Source: Gammaproteobacteria bacterium
GTDB taxonomy: Bacteria; Pseudomonadota; Gammaproteobacteria; Steroidobacterales; Steroidobacteraceae
NCBI GenBank assembly: GCA_947452065.1
Contig: CANGBB010000005.1
Span: forward strand, 12,820 to 76,819
Direction: 5' to 3'
DNA: 64,000 nucleotides
A program made the translations under genes and the position numbers. A model generated the notes under the pieces. It saw only the letters and a program-made list of their open reading frames with translations. It ran no database searches and had not been told where the DNA came from. This document shows, piece by piece, positions 10,629 to 20,551 of the stretch. Position 1 is the first letter of the stretch. Each line of letters begins with the position of its first letter.

Positions 10629-10730
10629 CCGTAGCAAACTAATGCAAAGATCAGCGCTACGACATGGACAGAAGCCCTAGGCACCGGTAGCTTGCGTCAG
10701 CTCGAGTTAATTTGACTGGAGGGTGGGGCG

Positions 10731-12293
10731 ATGCAACTGAATTCAATCACCAAGTGGCGACTGGTTGGCGCCTTTGTGGCGGGAGCGGGCCTGTGGGCTA
10801 GCCTATCTGGCGCGCAGTGGCAGCCGGACGCCAGCACGGCTGGCACCACGGTTTCGTCGGTGACTCAGGTGTTGAGCCGACCCACCGATCATTCGATCGG
10901 CATCAACGTGCTTGCGCCAACGGCACTCGAAGCTTATGTCGAATACGGCACTGCGCCTGGGAAGTATTCCGGTAAGACCACTGCCCTGAAGAGCGCAGCC
11001 AAGGTGCCGTTGCAGATTGAGGTGGGCAAACTGGCGGCGAACACGGCCTATTTCTACCGTCTGCGCTATCGCGAGGGTGGGAGCGGTGAATACCAAGCCA
11101 GCGATGAATATCGCTTTCATACGGCGCGGCCCGCAGGTAGCACATTTGTCTTCGCTATTCAGGCGGACTCGCATCCCGAGCGCGACGGACGGATGTTCAC
11201 TGCCGATCTGTATGCCCGCACCATGGCTAACGTCCGCAAGGACAACCCAGATTTTTTCATTAGTCTTGGCGACGATTTCAGTATCGATCGCGGCATGAAC
11301 TGGCCGCTGACAGCTGAGAAGGTCAATCAGGTCTACATCAACCAGCGCGATTACATGGGTGCTGGCGGTACGTCCGCACCCATCTTCCTCGTCAATGGCA
11401 GTCATGAGCAGGGCCAGCGCCATCTGCTCGACGGCACTCCGGACAATCCGGCGGTTTGGGCGGGTAGTGCACGCAACCGCTATTTCTCGCAGCCCGCTCC
11501 GGATGGCTTCTACACCGGCGACGAGGAGCGGATTGACTTCATCGGATTGCTGCGTGACTACTATGCTTGGACGTGGGGCGATGCGCTGTTCATTGTCATC
11601 GATCCATACTGGCATTCCAGCATTCCAATCGGCCCGGAATTTCAGGCGGACTCCGGTGTGAAGGTCGCTGCGCGCGCTACGGCTCAGGCTGGAGGGCAGG
11701 CGGGCGCACAGCCCAGAGGCAACGCTGCCCAGCGTGATGAGGCCGAAGGCGAAAATGGTCGTGACCAGTGGCTGATCACACTGGGTGAGGCGCAGTACCG
11801 CTGGCTGCAGCGCACGTTGCAGCAGAGCAAAGCGAAGTACAAATTCATCTTCTCGCACCATGTGTTGGGCACCGGCCGTGGTGGCGTCGAGATGGCCGAT
11901 CTGTATGAGTGGGGTGGCCGCAATGCGCAGGGCGGCTGGGAGTTCGACAAGAAGCGGCCTGGCTGGGAATTGCCCATTCACCAGATGATGGTGAAGTACA
12001 ACGTATCAGCCTTCTTCCAAGGCCATGATCACATCTTCGTGCGTCAGGCCAAGGACGGCGTGGTTTATCAGGAAGTACCGAACCCGGCCAATCCGAACAA
12101 TGGCAAGGAGCAGACGGACTTCCGTAAGTACTACACCTCAGGCGATTATCTGGGCGCCTCGGGGCACCTGCGTGTCACTGTCTCGCCGCAGAATGCCAAG
12201 GTCGACTATGTATGGTCGTGGTTGCCGCAGGATGACAAGCCCGAGCACCAGCATGGCGCGGTTGCTTTCAGCTACGACCTGAAGCCACGCTGA
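10731..12293 (+). CDS. Exported calcineurin-like metallophosphoesterase (purple-acid-phosphatase-like)
   Basis: Signal peptide, N-terminal FN3-like region (YFYRLRY), then motifs QADSHPE, SLGDDFS, VNGSHE, FSHHVL, QGHDHIF. Confidence 0.8.
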   Translation: MQLNSITKWRLVGAFVAGAGLWASLSGAQWQPDASTAGTTVSSVTQVLSRPTDHSIGINVLAPTALEAYVEYGTAPGKYSGKTTALKSAAKVPLQIEVGKLAANTAYFYRLRYREGGSGEYQASDEYRFHTARPAGSTFVFAIQADSHPERDGRMFTADLYARTMANVRKDNPDFFISLGDDFSIDRGMNWPLTAEKVNQVYINQRDYMGAGGTSAPIFLVNGSHEQGQRHLLDGTPDNPAVWAGSARNRYFSQPAPDGFYTGDEERIDFIGLLRDYYAWTWGDALFIVIDPYWHSSIPIGPEFQADSGVKVAARATAQAGGQAGAQPRGNAAQRDEAEGENGRDQWLITLGEAQYRWLQRTLQQSKAKYKFIFSHHVLGTGRGGVEMADLYEWGGRNAQGGWEFDKKRPGWELPIHQMMVKYNVSAFFQGHDHIFVRQAKDGVVYQEVPNPANPNNGKEQTDFRKYYTSGDYLGASGHLRVTVSPQNAKVDYVWSWLPQDDKPEHQHGAVAFSYDLKPR

Positions 12294-13364
12294 TTAATTG
12301 CTGTTGCGGCTTCGCAGCGGGGCCCGGCATTCGTTGGGGATGAATTGGTAATCCCCGGCGTAACGTCGGGCCTTGTTGAAGGTAAACGCTGATCGCAGGT
12401 ACGCCGGATCATTGGCCACGAAGGCCATTGATAGCATCGGGCCGGACTGCGGATCGTCACTGCGACGATAGGTCTCGATGGTGGTGGTTTGATCGCTGAA
12501 CTGATCACCGTGCGGGCTGATCCAACTCCCAAGTAAACCTGTGGTTTCGATCACCAGTGCCTCCCCGTCGTAGTGGGCGACAGCAGTGCCCAGTCGGCTC
12601 TTTACGGACGCGGTGGGCGCAACGCCTTTGGCAACCAGCGGAATCTCACGACGGCCACCATATTCTTCGTAGTCGATCACCACACGATCCGCTTGCTGCG
12701 TGATGCGAATGGCATGCGGAGTCGAAGCAACCTGACGAACGAGACCCGGTGGTTCACAGAAGATCTGCGGATCATCGGCAATCCGCGCAGATGCCTGTAA
12801 GGCTCGCCCAGCGTCGTTGTAAGGCACCGCAGGGCCCGGAAAGCGTTGATGGTCAGCCTCGGTCCAAGTGCCGGAAAGATTCGGACGGCCGTCACTCAGT
12901 CGCGGCGACAGCGACTGCGCGGCTCCACGCTGGGCGACAACGGGTTGTGTCCCACGCTGCGGCTCGGTCAATACCCGCACGACGCTTCGATCCCTGCCGT
13001 CCAGAAGTTCGAGTTTCCCCAGAGTGACCATCGGTGAACCATCGCGCGTCGCATCGCCGCTGATTCGCACTACATCGCCCTTTTTGAGTGTGGCTGGAGT
13101 CCAGCCCAGACGGGTGTAGTTGGAGGCGGCATTGCCCTCGCTCATCCAACGCGTGATCGATCCATCTGAGTTGGTGACGTCGAAGTAAACGCTGACATGC
13201 GGATTGAAGAAATGAAACTCGGTCACGACACCGGTGACTTCAGTCTTCTTGCCCGTGTCGAAGGTGCCGTAAAAAGAATGGTGCGCGCGGGCTTGTCCGG
13301 CCAGCACGATCAGACTGAGGCAGGCCAAAAAACGCCGAAAGTATGCGCTGCATTCCATGGTCAT
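12294..13364 (-). CDS. Secreted hypothetical protein with N-terminal DUF6152-like module
   Basis: Signal peptide ending AHHSF, then FFNPHVSVYFDV, typical of DUF6152 from memory. The C-terminal 230 aa are unassigned. AAGGAA Shine-Dalgarno sequence before the ATG at 13364. Confidence 0.6.
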   Translation of the reverse strand: MTMECSAYFRRFLACLSLIVLAGQARAHHSFYGTFDTGKKTEVTGVVTEFHFFNPHVSVYFDVTNSDGSITRWMSEGNAASNYTRLGWTPATLKKGDVVRISGDATRDGSPMVTLGKLELLDGRDRSVVRVLTEPQRGTQPVVAQRGAAQSLSPRLSDGRPNLSGTWTEADHQRFPGPAVPYNDAGRALQASARIADDPQIFCEPPGLVRQVASTPHAIRITQQADRVVIDYEEYGGRREIPLVAKGVAPTASVKSRLGTAVAHYDGEALVIETTGLLGSWISPHGDQFSDQTTTIETYRRSDDPQSGPMLSMAFVANDPAYLRSAFTFNKARRYAGDYQFIPNECRAPLRSRNSN

Positions 13365-13493
13365 CGTTTCCTTGTTAGGCCCGCCGTCGATGCGCGGCGC
13401 AGTGGGCCGATGTAGTGGCATCGCCTCGGAATATTTAAGCATGGTGACCGAGCCTTCTGTCGAGTCTTGGAATTGGATCGGCGGCTGCGCCGA

Positions 13494-15170
13494 TCAGTGG
13501 ATGTCACGCGTATGCGTCTGCGGCAGTATCAATAGTCCTGCAAGAAGCGTGAACAGAGAAAAACCCACCGGATACCACAGCCCGGAATAGATATTGCCGG
13601 TGGCTGCGACGATGGCGAATGCGGTGTAGGGCAGGAACCCGCCAAACCAGCCGGTGCCGATATGGTAGGGGAGGCTCAGCGAGGTATAGCGGATGTGTGC
13701 CGGGAAGAGTTCGACCAGCAGAGCAGCCATGGGGCCGTAGACCATGGATGCAAGACTCATCAGGCCAACAAGGATCAGTAGCACCAGCGGAATGTTGATG
13801 CGCGCTGTATCGGCTTTGGGCGGGTAACCGGCCACTGAAAGCAGCGACAAGGCCTGCTTTTCCCACGCCGTACGGCGAGTCTTCAGTTCTGCGGTCGTCA
13901 GTTCATCGCCGCGGAACGAGGCCAGCACCACGCTACCGATGCGCAATTCGGCCACGGTGCCGGCCGGAGCGTTCACCGGATCGTAGGTCACACCGGCCTT
14001 GGCCAGAAAAGAGCGTGGTATGTCGCACGAGGTTTTGAATGACTTGTTACCCAGCACGTCGAACTGGAACGAACAATCCTCAGGGTCGGCGTAGACCGTG
14101 ACGGGTGCGGTGGCAACAGCAGAGGCCAACGCCGGATTGGCAGCGCTCGTGAGCGCATGAAACAAAGGGAAATAGGTGAGCGCCGCCAGCAGACAAGCGG
14201 TCATCATCACGGGCTTGCGTCCCACGCGATCCGATAGCCAGCCGAACAGCACATACAAGGGTGTCGAAATCACCAGAGCTGCAGCCATCAGCAGATTGGA
14301 CACAGCGCCGTCGACCTTGAGTACGCGCTCGAGAAAGAACAGAGTGTAGAACTGCGAGGCATACCAGATCACGGCCTGACCGATGATTGCCCCGCACAGC
14401 GCGATCAGGATCACTCGGATGTTCTGCCAGTTGCCGAAGGCATCCCGCAGCGGCCGCTGCGACGATTTGCCCGAGGATTTCATCCGAAGGTAGACCGGAC
14501 TTTCGTTGAGACGCAACTGTATCCACAGCGTGATCCCAAGCAGGCAGGCCGACATCAGGAACGGAATTCGCCAGCCCCAGGCATTAAATACTTCTTCTCC
14601 GACAATGCTGCGCGTGCCGAAGATCACTGTCAGGCTCAGCGCCATGCCAACCGTGGCAGTGGTCTGAATCCAGCTGGTGTAGAAACCGCGACGGTGTTGC
14701 GGTGAATGCTCGGCAACATAAATCGCAGCGCCACCGTACACACCACCCACCGACAATCCCTGCAGCATGCGCAGTGCCACCAGAATCCACGGAGCGGCTG
14801 CACCGACCTGTGCATAGGTGGGCAATAAGCCAACACCGAAGGTCGCTGCACCCATCAGCAGCAATGTGGCTGTGAAAGTGTTCTTGCGTCCCCACAGATC
14901 GCCCAGGTGCCCGAATACGATGGCGCCGAATGGGCGTACGGCGAAGCCTGCGGCGAAGGTGAGTAAGGCCAGAGTGAATGCGGTGGTTTCACTGACAGCG
15001 GCGAAGAAGTGCCGGCTGATCACCACTGCGAGTGAGCCGTAAAGGAAGAAATCGAACCATTCGAACACACCTCCAATGGAGGAGGCGGCGATCACCTTGA
15101 ACTCCTCGCGGGTGACGGCTGCGCCGGTCACCGGCCGGGAGGAATCCGAAACGGTCGTTGGTTCGTTCAT
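13494..15170 (-). CDS. MFS transporter (metabolite:H+ symporter-like) with a large extra-membrane insert
   Basis: GHLGDLWGRK MFS loop motif and about 12 predicted TM helices. An insert of about 110 aa (YADPEDCSFQFDVLG...TAWEKQAL) sits between late helices. Start taken at MNEPTT. Confidence 0.85.
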   Translation of the reverse strand: MNEPTTVSDSSRPVTGAAVTREEFKVIAASSIGGVFEWFDFFLYGSLAVVISRHFFAAVSETTAFTLALLTFAAGFAVRPFGAIVFGHLGDLWGRKNTFTATLLLMGAATFGVGLLPTYAQVGAAAPWILVALRMLQGLSVGGVYGGAAIYVAEHSPQHRRGFYTSWIQTTATVGMALSLTVIFGTRSIVGEEVFNAWGWRIPFLMSACLLGITLWIQLRLNESPVYLRMKSSGKSSQRPLRDAFGNWQNIRVILIALCGAIIGQAVIWYASQFYTLFFLERVLKVDGAVSNLLMAAALVISTPLYVLFGWLSDRVGRKPVMMTACLLAALTYFPLFHALTSAANPALASAVATAPVTVYADPEDCSFQFDVLGNKSFKTSCDIPRSFLAKAGVTYDPVNAPAGTVAELRIGSVVLASFRGDELTTAELKTRRTAWEKQALSLLSVAGYPPKADTARINIPLVLLILVGLMSLASMVYGPMAALLVELFPAHIRYTSLSLPYHIGTGWFGGFLPYTAFAIVAATGNIYSGLWYPVGFSLFTLLAGLLILPQTHTRDIH

Positions 15171-15364
15171 CGCCAGAGCCCCCACCAGAGTCGCGTGCCG
15201 GTCGAAGTTGCCGGCTGTGTCTGGGGGTGGATTGTACAAAGTACGCGTCAATGCAGCACGGGGCTCAGCCGTGGACGTGGCCCGGCAAGGGCCATGCTGG
15301 TCGAGTTTGCCGGCGGACTGTTACAGTGGCTCCACGGTTTTCAACATCCAACACGGGGGCTGCA

Positions 15365-16294
15365 ATGAACACGACATGGACACGGCGCCGGGTCCTGGGG
15401 ACTACGGCTGCAGGATTGGCAATTTCCCGCGCTATTGCCGCGGCGGATGCGCCGCCCGCTGCGCCCAATCCAGCCCGTGATGCGGCCAATGTGGAGCGTG
15501 ACATCGTCTTCGGAAAGGGCGGTGCCGAGGATTTGCGCTGCGATGTTTATCGGCCCACCGGCAGTGCAACGCCTAAGCGCACCGCAATCATCCATTTCCA
15601 CGGCGGTGGTTTTGCCCGCGGCGATCGTTCGGTTCTGGCGGCACAACTGCAGCCGATCTCTGCGCTGGGCTACGTCAATATCGCTGCGCAATACCGCCTG
15701 TCCGCCGTGGCCCGCTGGCCGGCGCAGATCGAGGATGCCAAAGCGGTGATCCGCTGGACGCGTGCCAATGCATCGCGATTGGGCATCGAACCTTCGCGCA
15801 TTGCCGTGGCCGGCTATTCCGCTGGCGGCTATCTGGCGCTGTTTGCCTCAGGGACGCAGAACGAGGCACGTTACGAAGGCACGGGTGGCAATGCCGGCGT
15901 TCCGACATCGGTTGCTGCGTGTCTATCGTATTTCGCGCCGGCATCATCGGCAGGCATTCACCGCTCGCTGCCGATGCCTGAAGGCAGCAGTGATGCAGCT
16001 TGGGAAGAAGTTTTGATCGACAAGCACATCAAGGGTATGGCGCCGACGGCCATCTTCCAGGGTTTGGCTGACACGCTGGTCACGCCGGATGTCAGCGAGA
16101 ATCTTTGCAAGCAGCTACGCACTGCGGGCGTGCCGACCGAGATTCATGAGTTCGCCGGCGTCTCGCATGAGTTCGTGCAGATTCCGGAGTTCGCTGCAAT
16201 CTGCGCGCAGCTGAACGATTCGTTCCTCGATCGCCATGTGGTCAACCCGCGAACTTTCCCGGGTTTCCCGGCACCGCGTGCGCCGGGCGGTTAG
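15365..16294 (+). CDS. Tat-exported alpha/beta hydrolase (esterase/lipase, HGGG type)
   Basis: Twin-arginine signal MNTTWTRRRVLGTTAAGLA, oxyanion motif HFHGGGF, nucleophile elbow GYSAGG. Confidence 0.85.
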   Translation: MNTTWTRRRVLGTTAAGLAISRAIAAADAPPAAPNPARDAANVERDIVFGKGGAEDLRCDVYRPTGSATPKRTAIIHFHGGGFARGDRSVLAAQLQPISALGYVNIAAQYRLSAVARWPAQIEDAKAVIRWTRANASRLGIEPSRIAVAGYSAGGYLALFASGTQNEARYEGTGGNAGVPTSVAACLSYFAPASSAGIHRSLPMPEGSSDAAWEEVLIDKHIKGMAPTAIFQGLADTLVTPDVSENLCKQLRTAGVPTEIHEFAGVSHEFVQIPEFAAICAQLNDSFLDRHVVNPRTFPGFPAPRAPGG

Positions 16295-16333
16295 TCCGCG
16301 GCGCTTCGCCGAAGAATGATCGGGCTGCGTCGG

Positions 16334-17338
16334 CTACGGCTCGAGCGAGCCGGCGTAGGCGGCAAGGTCGATCATGTCGCGCTGCGACAGATCGGCCACC
16401 ACGGGATGCATTAGCAGCGCACCGGCGCCGTTGCGCGTGCCTATCTTGAAGGCGTAGAGCTGACGAAATTGCGGAGTGACTGGCCGGCCTGCGATTGGCG
16501 GTGCGAGTGCGCCGCCTTTCAGACCCTCGCCATGGCATGACTCGCAGGATAGACGCGTGCTGCCATTGCCCTTGGCCAGCGCCGCACCGCGTGCAATCGA
16601 CCCAACAGGCACATAGGCGGTGAAAGTGGTGTGCGGATCGCGCCGTTCAAAGCGCTCGAAATCATCGGGACCTTCGATGATGCGCTCGCCCAGTGGCTCG
16701 CGCTTGCCGGTTTCATCGAACACATAAACGAAGGCATTGGTCGTGACCGCCGGGATCTCAGCGGCTTCGATCACCCGTGTGTGCTTGATGAATTTCAGGC
16801 TGGAGTAATAGCGGGCTGCATCATCAATGTCCTGCTGGGTCAGCTGCGGATGCTTGATGGTCAGCAGCATGTTGATACCGGCAAAGTAGCTCGGATCCGG
16901 GAGTACACGGGCACCTGAGCGCATGTCGGCGGCCTGTTGCAGCAGATATTCATACGGCAGGCCAGCCAGCGGGGCGCTCTCGGGGCGACCTGCGCCTTCA
17001 GGGAGGTGGCAGTAGCCACAGGCATACAGTGGCATGCGACCCTTCACAGACGGTGGCATCGCCGGGTGCTCTTCGGGGAACCATTCCACCGCAATGGCCC
17101 GGTCGAACATCTGCACATCGCTCCAGGCCAGCTTGCTGCCCGGCACGCTCTTGTTCAGCGGCCCGGGGAAAGCCCACGCCGGTACTGGCTCGGCGGGTGT
17201 CTGGCCAGCCACCGGCGTTGCAGAGGGCGTTGCAGCAAGAGCCGCTGAGCCGGCATTTCCAGAAAAAATGGGAGCCGTGATGCCGACCGTCGCGATGGCG
17301 ATGGCCATTAAGGCCTGCCTGATTGCCTGTCCGATCAT
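16334..17338 (-). CDS. Exported dihaem c-type cytochrome
   Basis: Two CxxCH motifs (CGYCH, CESCH). Signal peptide starts at MIGQAIRQALMAIAIATVG. Confidence 0.8.
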   Translation of the reverse strand: MIGQAIRQALMAIAIATVGITAPIFSGNAGSAALAATPSATPVAGQTPAEPVPAWAFPGPLNKSVPGSKLAWSDVQMFDRAIAVEWFPEEHPAMPPSVKGRMPLYACGYCHLPEGAGRPESAPLAGLPYEYLLQQAADMRSGARVLPDPSYFAGINMLLTIKHPQLTQQDIDDAARYYSSLKFIKHTRVIEAAEIPAVTTNAFVYVFDETGKREPLGERIIEGPDDFERFERRDPHTTFTAYVPVGSIARGAALAKGNGSTRLSCESCHGEGLKGGALAPPIAGRPVTPQFRQLYAFKIGTRNGAGALLMHPVVADLSQRDMIDLAAYAGSLEP

Positions 17339-17425
17339 GAAACCTCTTGCCAAAATGAGTCGCAGGAGATGATAGAGCGCGAGTGTAGCCTTTATACTCG
17401 GCCGGAAGAACAAACGGGGGGTCAA

Positions 17426-18337
17426 ATGCCAACAGAACGACGTACGGTTCCGCCCGGAGCCATCGAACTTTACAACCAGTACATTCATGGCGAGATTAGC
17501 CGCCGTGATTTCATGGATGGCGCGCAGAAGTTTGCGGTCGCCGGCCTTTCGGCCACGGCCATCATCAGTGCGTTGACACCGGATTACGCCTCGGCCCAGC
17601 AGGTATCGCGGACCGACGAGCGCATTCGCGCCAGCTACGTAACGCTGCCCTCACCGCAGGGTAATGGTTATGTGCGCGGCTATCTGGTGCGCCCCTTCAG
17701 TGCCGACAGCCGCGATGCAACGCCCACTAAGTTGCCCGGCGTAATCGTCATTCACGAAAATCGTGGGCTCAATCCGCACACGGAGGATGTCGCACGGCGT
17801 TTCGCATTGGCAAATTTCATGGCTTTTGCTCCGGACCTGCTGGCGTCAGTGGGGGGTTATCCCGGAGACGACTATCAGGGCGGGCAGCTGTTCGGCAAGA
17901 TCGACAACACCAAGAAGTTTGAGGATGTCGTTGCCGCTGCGCTCTGGCTCAAGGGGCGTGCGGACTGCACTGGCAAGATTGGCGTCACCGGCTTTTGCTA
18001 TGGCGGCACGGTCTCGAATCAGCTGGCTGTGCGGATGGGCGCAGATCTGTCCGCCGCGGTCCCGTTCTATGGTCAGGCGCCAGCAGTCGCTGATGTGCCA
18101 AAGATCAAGGCGGCGATCCTGGCCCAGCATGGTGCACTGGATACGAGAGTGGCGGGCATGTGGCCGGACTATGACAAGGCGCTGAAGGCCGCGAACCTGC
18201 CGCATGACGGTCGCATCTATCCGGACTCTGTGCACGGCTTCTTCAACGATGCGACGCCGGAGCGTTACAACCAAGCCGCAGCCACCGAGGCGTGGACACG
18301 CACGATCGACTGGTTCAACAAATACCTCCGCGGCTGA
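17426..18337 (+). CDS. Tat-exported dienelactone hydrolase family protein (paralogue 1)
   Basis: LYNQYIHGEISRRDFMDGAQKF leader, IHENRGLN, nucleophile motif GFCYGG, C-terminal HGF. GGGGGG Shine-Dalgarno sequence before the ATG at 17426. Confidence 0.85.
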   Translation: MPTERRTVPPGAIELYNQYIHGEISRRDFMDGAQKFAVAGLSATAIISALTPDYASAQQVSRTDERIRASYVTLPSPQGNGYVRGYLVRPFSADSRDATPTKLPGVIVIHENRGLNPHTEDVARRFALANFMAFAPDLLASVGGYPGDDYQGGQLFGKIDNTKKFEDVVAAALWLKGRADCTGKIGVTGFCYGGTVSNQLAVRMGADLSAAVPFYGQAPAVADVPKIKAAILAQHGALDTRVAGMWPDYDKALKAANLPHDGRIYPDSVHGFFNDATPERYNQAAATEAWTRTIDWFNKYLRG

Positions 18338-18361
18338 GCGGCGACGAGCTGAAGGGTTGCC

Positions 18362-20524
18362 ATGAGGCCACTGCAATTCCGTGCCGGTTCGGCACTGCTG
18401 CTGATTCTGCTCACGATGGCCGTGGGCAGCGTCGAGCCGAGTCGGCCTCAGGAGGCGTTGCCGCAGCTTTATCGCACGGTGCGCAACTGGGGGCAGTTCA
18501 CGGACGTGCAGGGCATCATCTGGCCCGGTGCCGTGACCGCGATCGAGCCGGATGGTCGCGGTCACATCTATGTCGTTTATCGCTGCCATGAGAACAGCTG
18601 CGCGGATCGGAACGAGAATCCGATCCTGAAGTTCGACACGAACGGCAAGTTGCTGACGCAGTGGGGCAGCGGCTTGTTCGTCTTCCCGCACGGTGCAACG
18701 GTCGATCGCGAGGGCAATCTGTGGGTCACCGATGCCGGTGGCGTCAGCGGCAAGGGACATCAGGTTATCAAGTTCAGCCCGGATGGCCGGGTGCTGATGA
18801 CGCTGGGACAGCCGGGTGTCGCAGGTAACGGGCCCGCCCACTTCAACCAGCCCACCGACGTAGCGATCGCGCCCAATGGCGATATCTTCGTGGCTGACGG
18901 ACATCGCGATCCAAGCAGCGGCAGTCTTGGCAACAACCGCATCGTGCATTTTTCAGCCGATGGTCGGTTCCTCAAGGAATTCGGTCATACCGGTTCCGGC
19001 CCGGGCGAATTGCGCGAACCGCATGCACTGGCGTTCGACTCACTCGGACGACTATTCGTAGCCGATCGCGTCAACAACAGAATCGAGCTCTTCGATCAGA
19101 GTGGTCGTTTTCTCGAACAGTGGACGCAGTTCGGGCGTCCTTCAGGACTGGCCATCGATGCGCGCGACACGCTTTATGTGTCGGATTCCGAGTCCGGGCC
19201 CGATACCGGTGCCAATGAGACCACGCGCTGGCGCAAGGGTATTCGCATCGGCAGTGCGCGCACCGGAAAGCTGACGGGCTTCATCGAAGACATGCAATCC
19301 GTGACTGCTGCGCACAGCGGCGCCGAGGGTATCGGTGTCGATGCTGCGGGTAATGTGTACGGCGCAGTGGTCGCGCGCAAAATGCTCGAGAAGCATGTTC
19401 TGGCATCGAAATCCGTGGCCCCCCGTTTCGAGGTTGACCCACTGTGGCCCAAGCCGCTGCCCAATCATTGGGTGATGGGATGGACTGTTGGCGTGGCTGT
19501 GGATGCGCAGGATCACATCTGGGTGATCCACCGTCAGGGATCTCTGGAACCGAACGAAGTGCATGCCACCACCAATCCACCGATTGCCGCGTGCTGCGTG
19601 CCCGCGCCACCGGTGCTGGAGTTCGATCAGGCCGGAAATCTTCTCAATGCCTGGGGCGGACCCGGTGAGGGCTATGACTGGCCTCTCGGCAATCATGGAA
19701 TCACCGTCGACTACAAGGGCAATGTCTGGATTGGTGGCAACGGAACCGCGCCGGCCACGGCGGCATTCAGTCGTGACGACATGCTAGTGAAATTCACGCG
19801 CACCGGTAAATTCCTGCTGCAGATCGGCAAGCCAGGTCAGAGCCAAGGTAACAGCGATACGCGCAACCTGCGACTACCGGCGAAGATCTTTGTCGACCCC
19901 AAGCGCAATGAAGCCTTCGTAGCCGATGGCTATGGCAACCGCCGTGTCATCGTGTTTGATGCCGACACCGGCGCATTCAAGCGCCAGTGGGGTGCGTACG
20001 GCAATGTCCCCAGCGACGCTGATCCGGGGCCGTATGTGGCTAACCAGACGCCCGCGCAGCAGTTCCGCACACCCGTGCATTGCGCGATGCTGTCGCACGA
20101 TGACCTGCTGTATGTCTGCGATCGGCTGAACGACCGCATCCAGGTGTTCCGCCCTGATGGTACCTTCGTCAAGGAGGCGTTCTTCGAGACGCAGACGCTG
20201 GGGCAGGGTTCAGCCTGGGATCTGGCTTTCTCCGCCGATCCGGCGCAGCGCTTCATCTATCTCTCGGATGGCGAGAACCGCAAGGTGCGCATCATCGATC
20301 GCCAGTCACTGGAAGTACTGACCAGCTTCGGTGATGGCGGCCGACAGCCCGGACAGTTCTACGGCGTGCACAGCATTGCCACCGATTCGAAAGGCAACAT
20401 CTACACCACTGAGACCTACACCGGACAACGTGTGCAGAAGTTCCTTTTCAAGGGACTGGCGCCGGTGAGTCAGCCGGATCAGGGCGTGGTCTGGCCTTCC
20501 GCGGCTTCATCTCGGGGCCGCTAG
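18362..20524 (+). CDS. Exported NHL-repeat (beta-propeller) protein, 720 aa
   Basis: Repeated NHL signatures: FVADRVNNRIELF, LYVCDRLNDRIQVF, IYLSDGENRKVRII, NLWVTD. N-terminal signal peptide. Confidence 0.8.
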   Translation: MRPLQFRAGSALLLILLTMAVGSVEPSRPQEALPQLYRTVRNWGQFTDVQGIIWPGAVTAIEPDGRGHIYVVYRCHENSCADRNENPILKFDTNGKLLTQWGSGLFVFPHGATVDREGNLWVTDAGGVSGKGHQVIKFSPDGRVLMTLGQPGVAGNGPAHFNQPTDVAIAPNGDIFVADGHRDPSSGSLGNNRIVHFSADGRFLKEFGHTGSGPGELREPHALAFDSLGRLFVADRVNNRIELFDQSGRFLEQWTQFGRPSGLAIDARDTLYVSDSESGPDTGANETTRWRKGIRIGSARTGKLTGFIEDMQSVTAAHSGAEGIGVDAAGNVYGAVVARKMLEKHVLASKSVAPRFEVDPLWPKPLPNHWVMGWTVGVAVDAQDHIWVIHRQGSLEPNEVHATTNPPIAACCVPAPPVLEFDQAGNLLNAWGGPGEGYDWPLGNHGITVDYKGNVWIGGNGTAPATAAFSRDDMLVKFTRTGKFLLQIGKPGQSQGNSDTRNLRLPAKIFVDPKRNEAFVADGYGNRRVIVFDADTGAFKRQWGAYGNVPSDADPGPYVANQTPAQQFRTPVHCAMLSHDDLLYVCDRLNDRIQVFRPDGTFVKEAFFETQTLGQGSAWDLAFSADPAQRFIYLSDGENRKVRIIDRQSLEVLTSFGDGGRQPGQFYGVHSIATDSKGNIYTTETYTGQRVQKFLFKGLAPVSQPDQGVVWPSAASSRGR

Positions 20525-20551
20525 GCATCCAGCCTGCGGCCCCGCTGAAAA

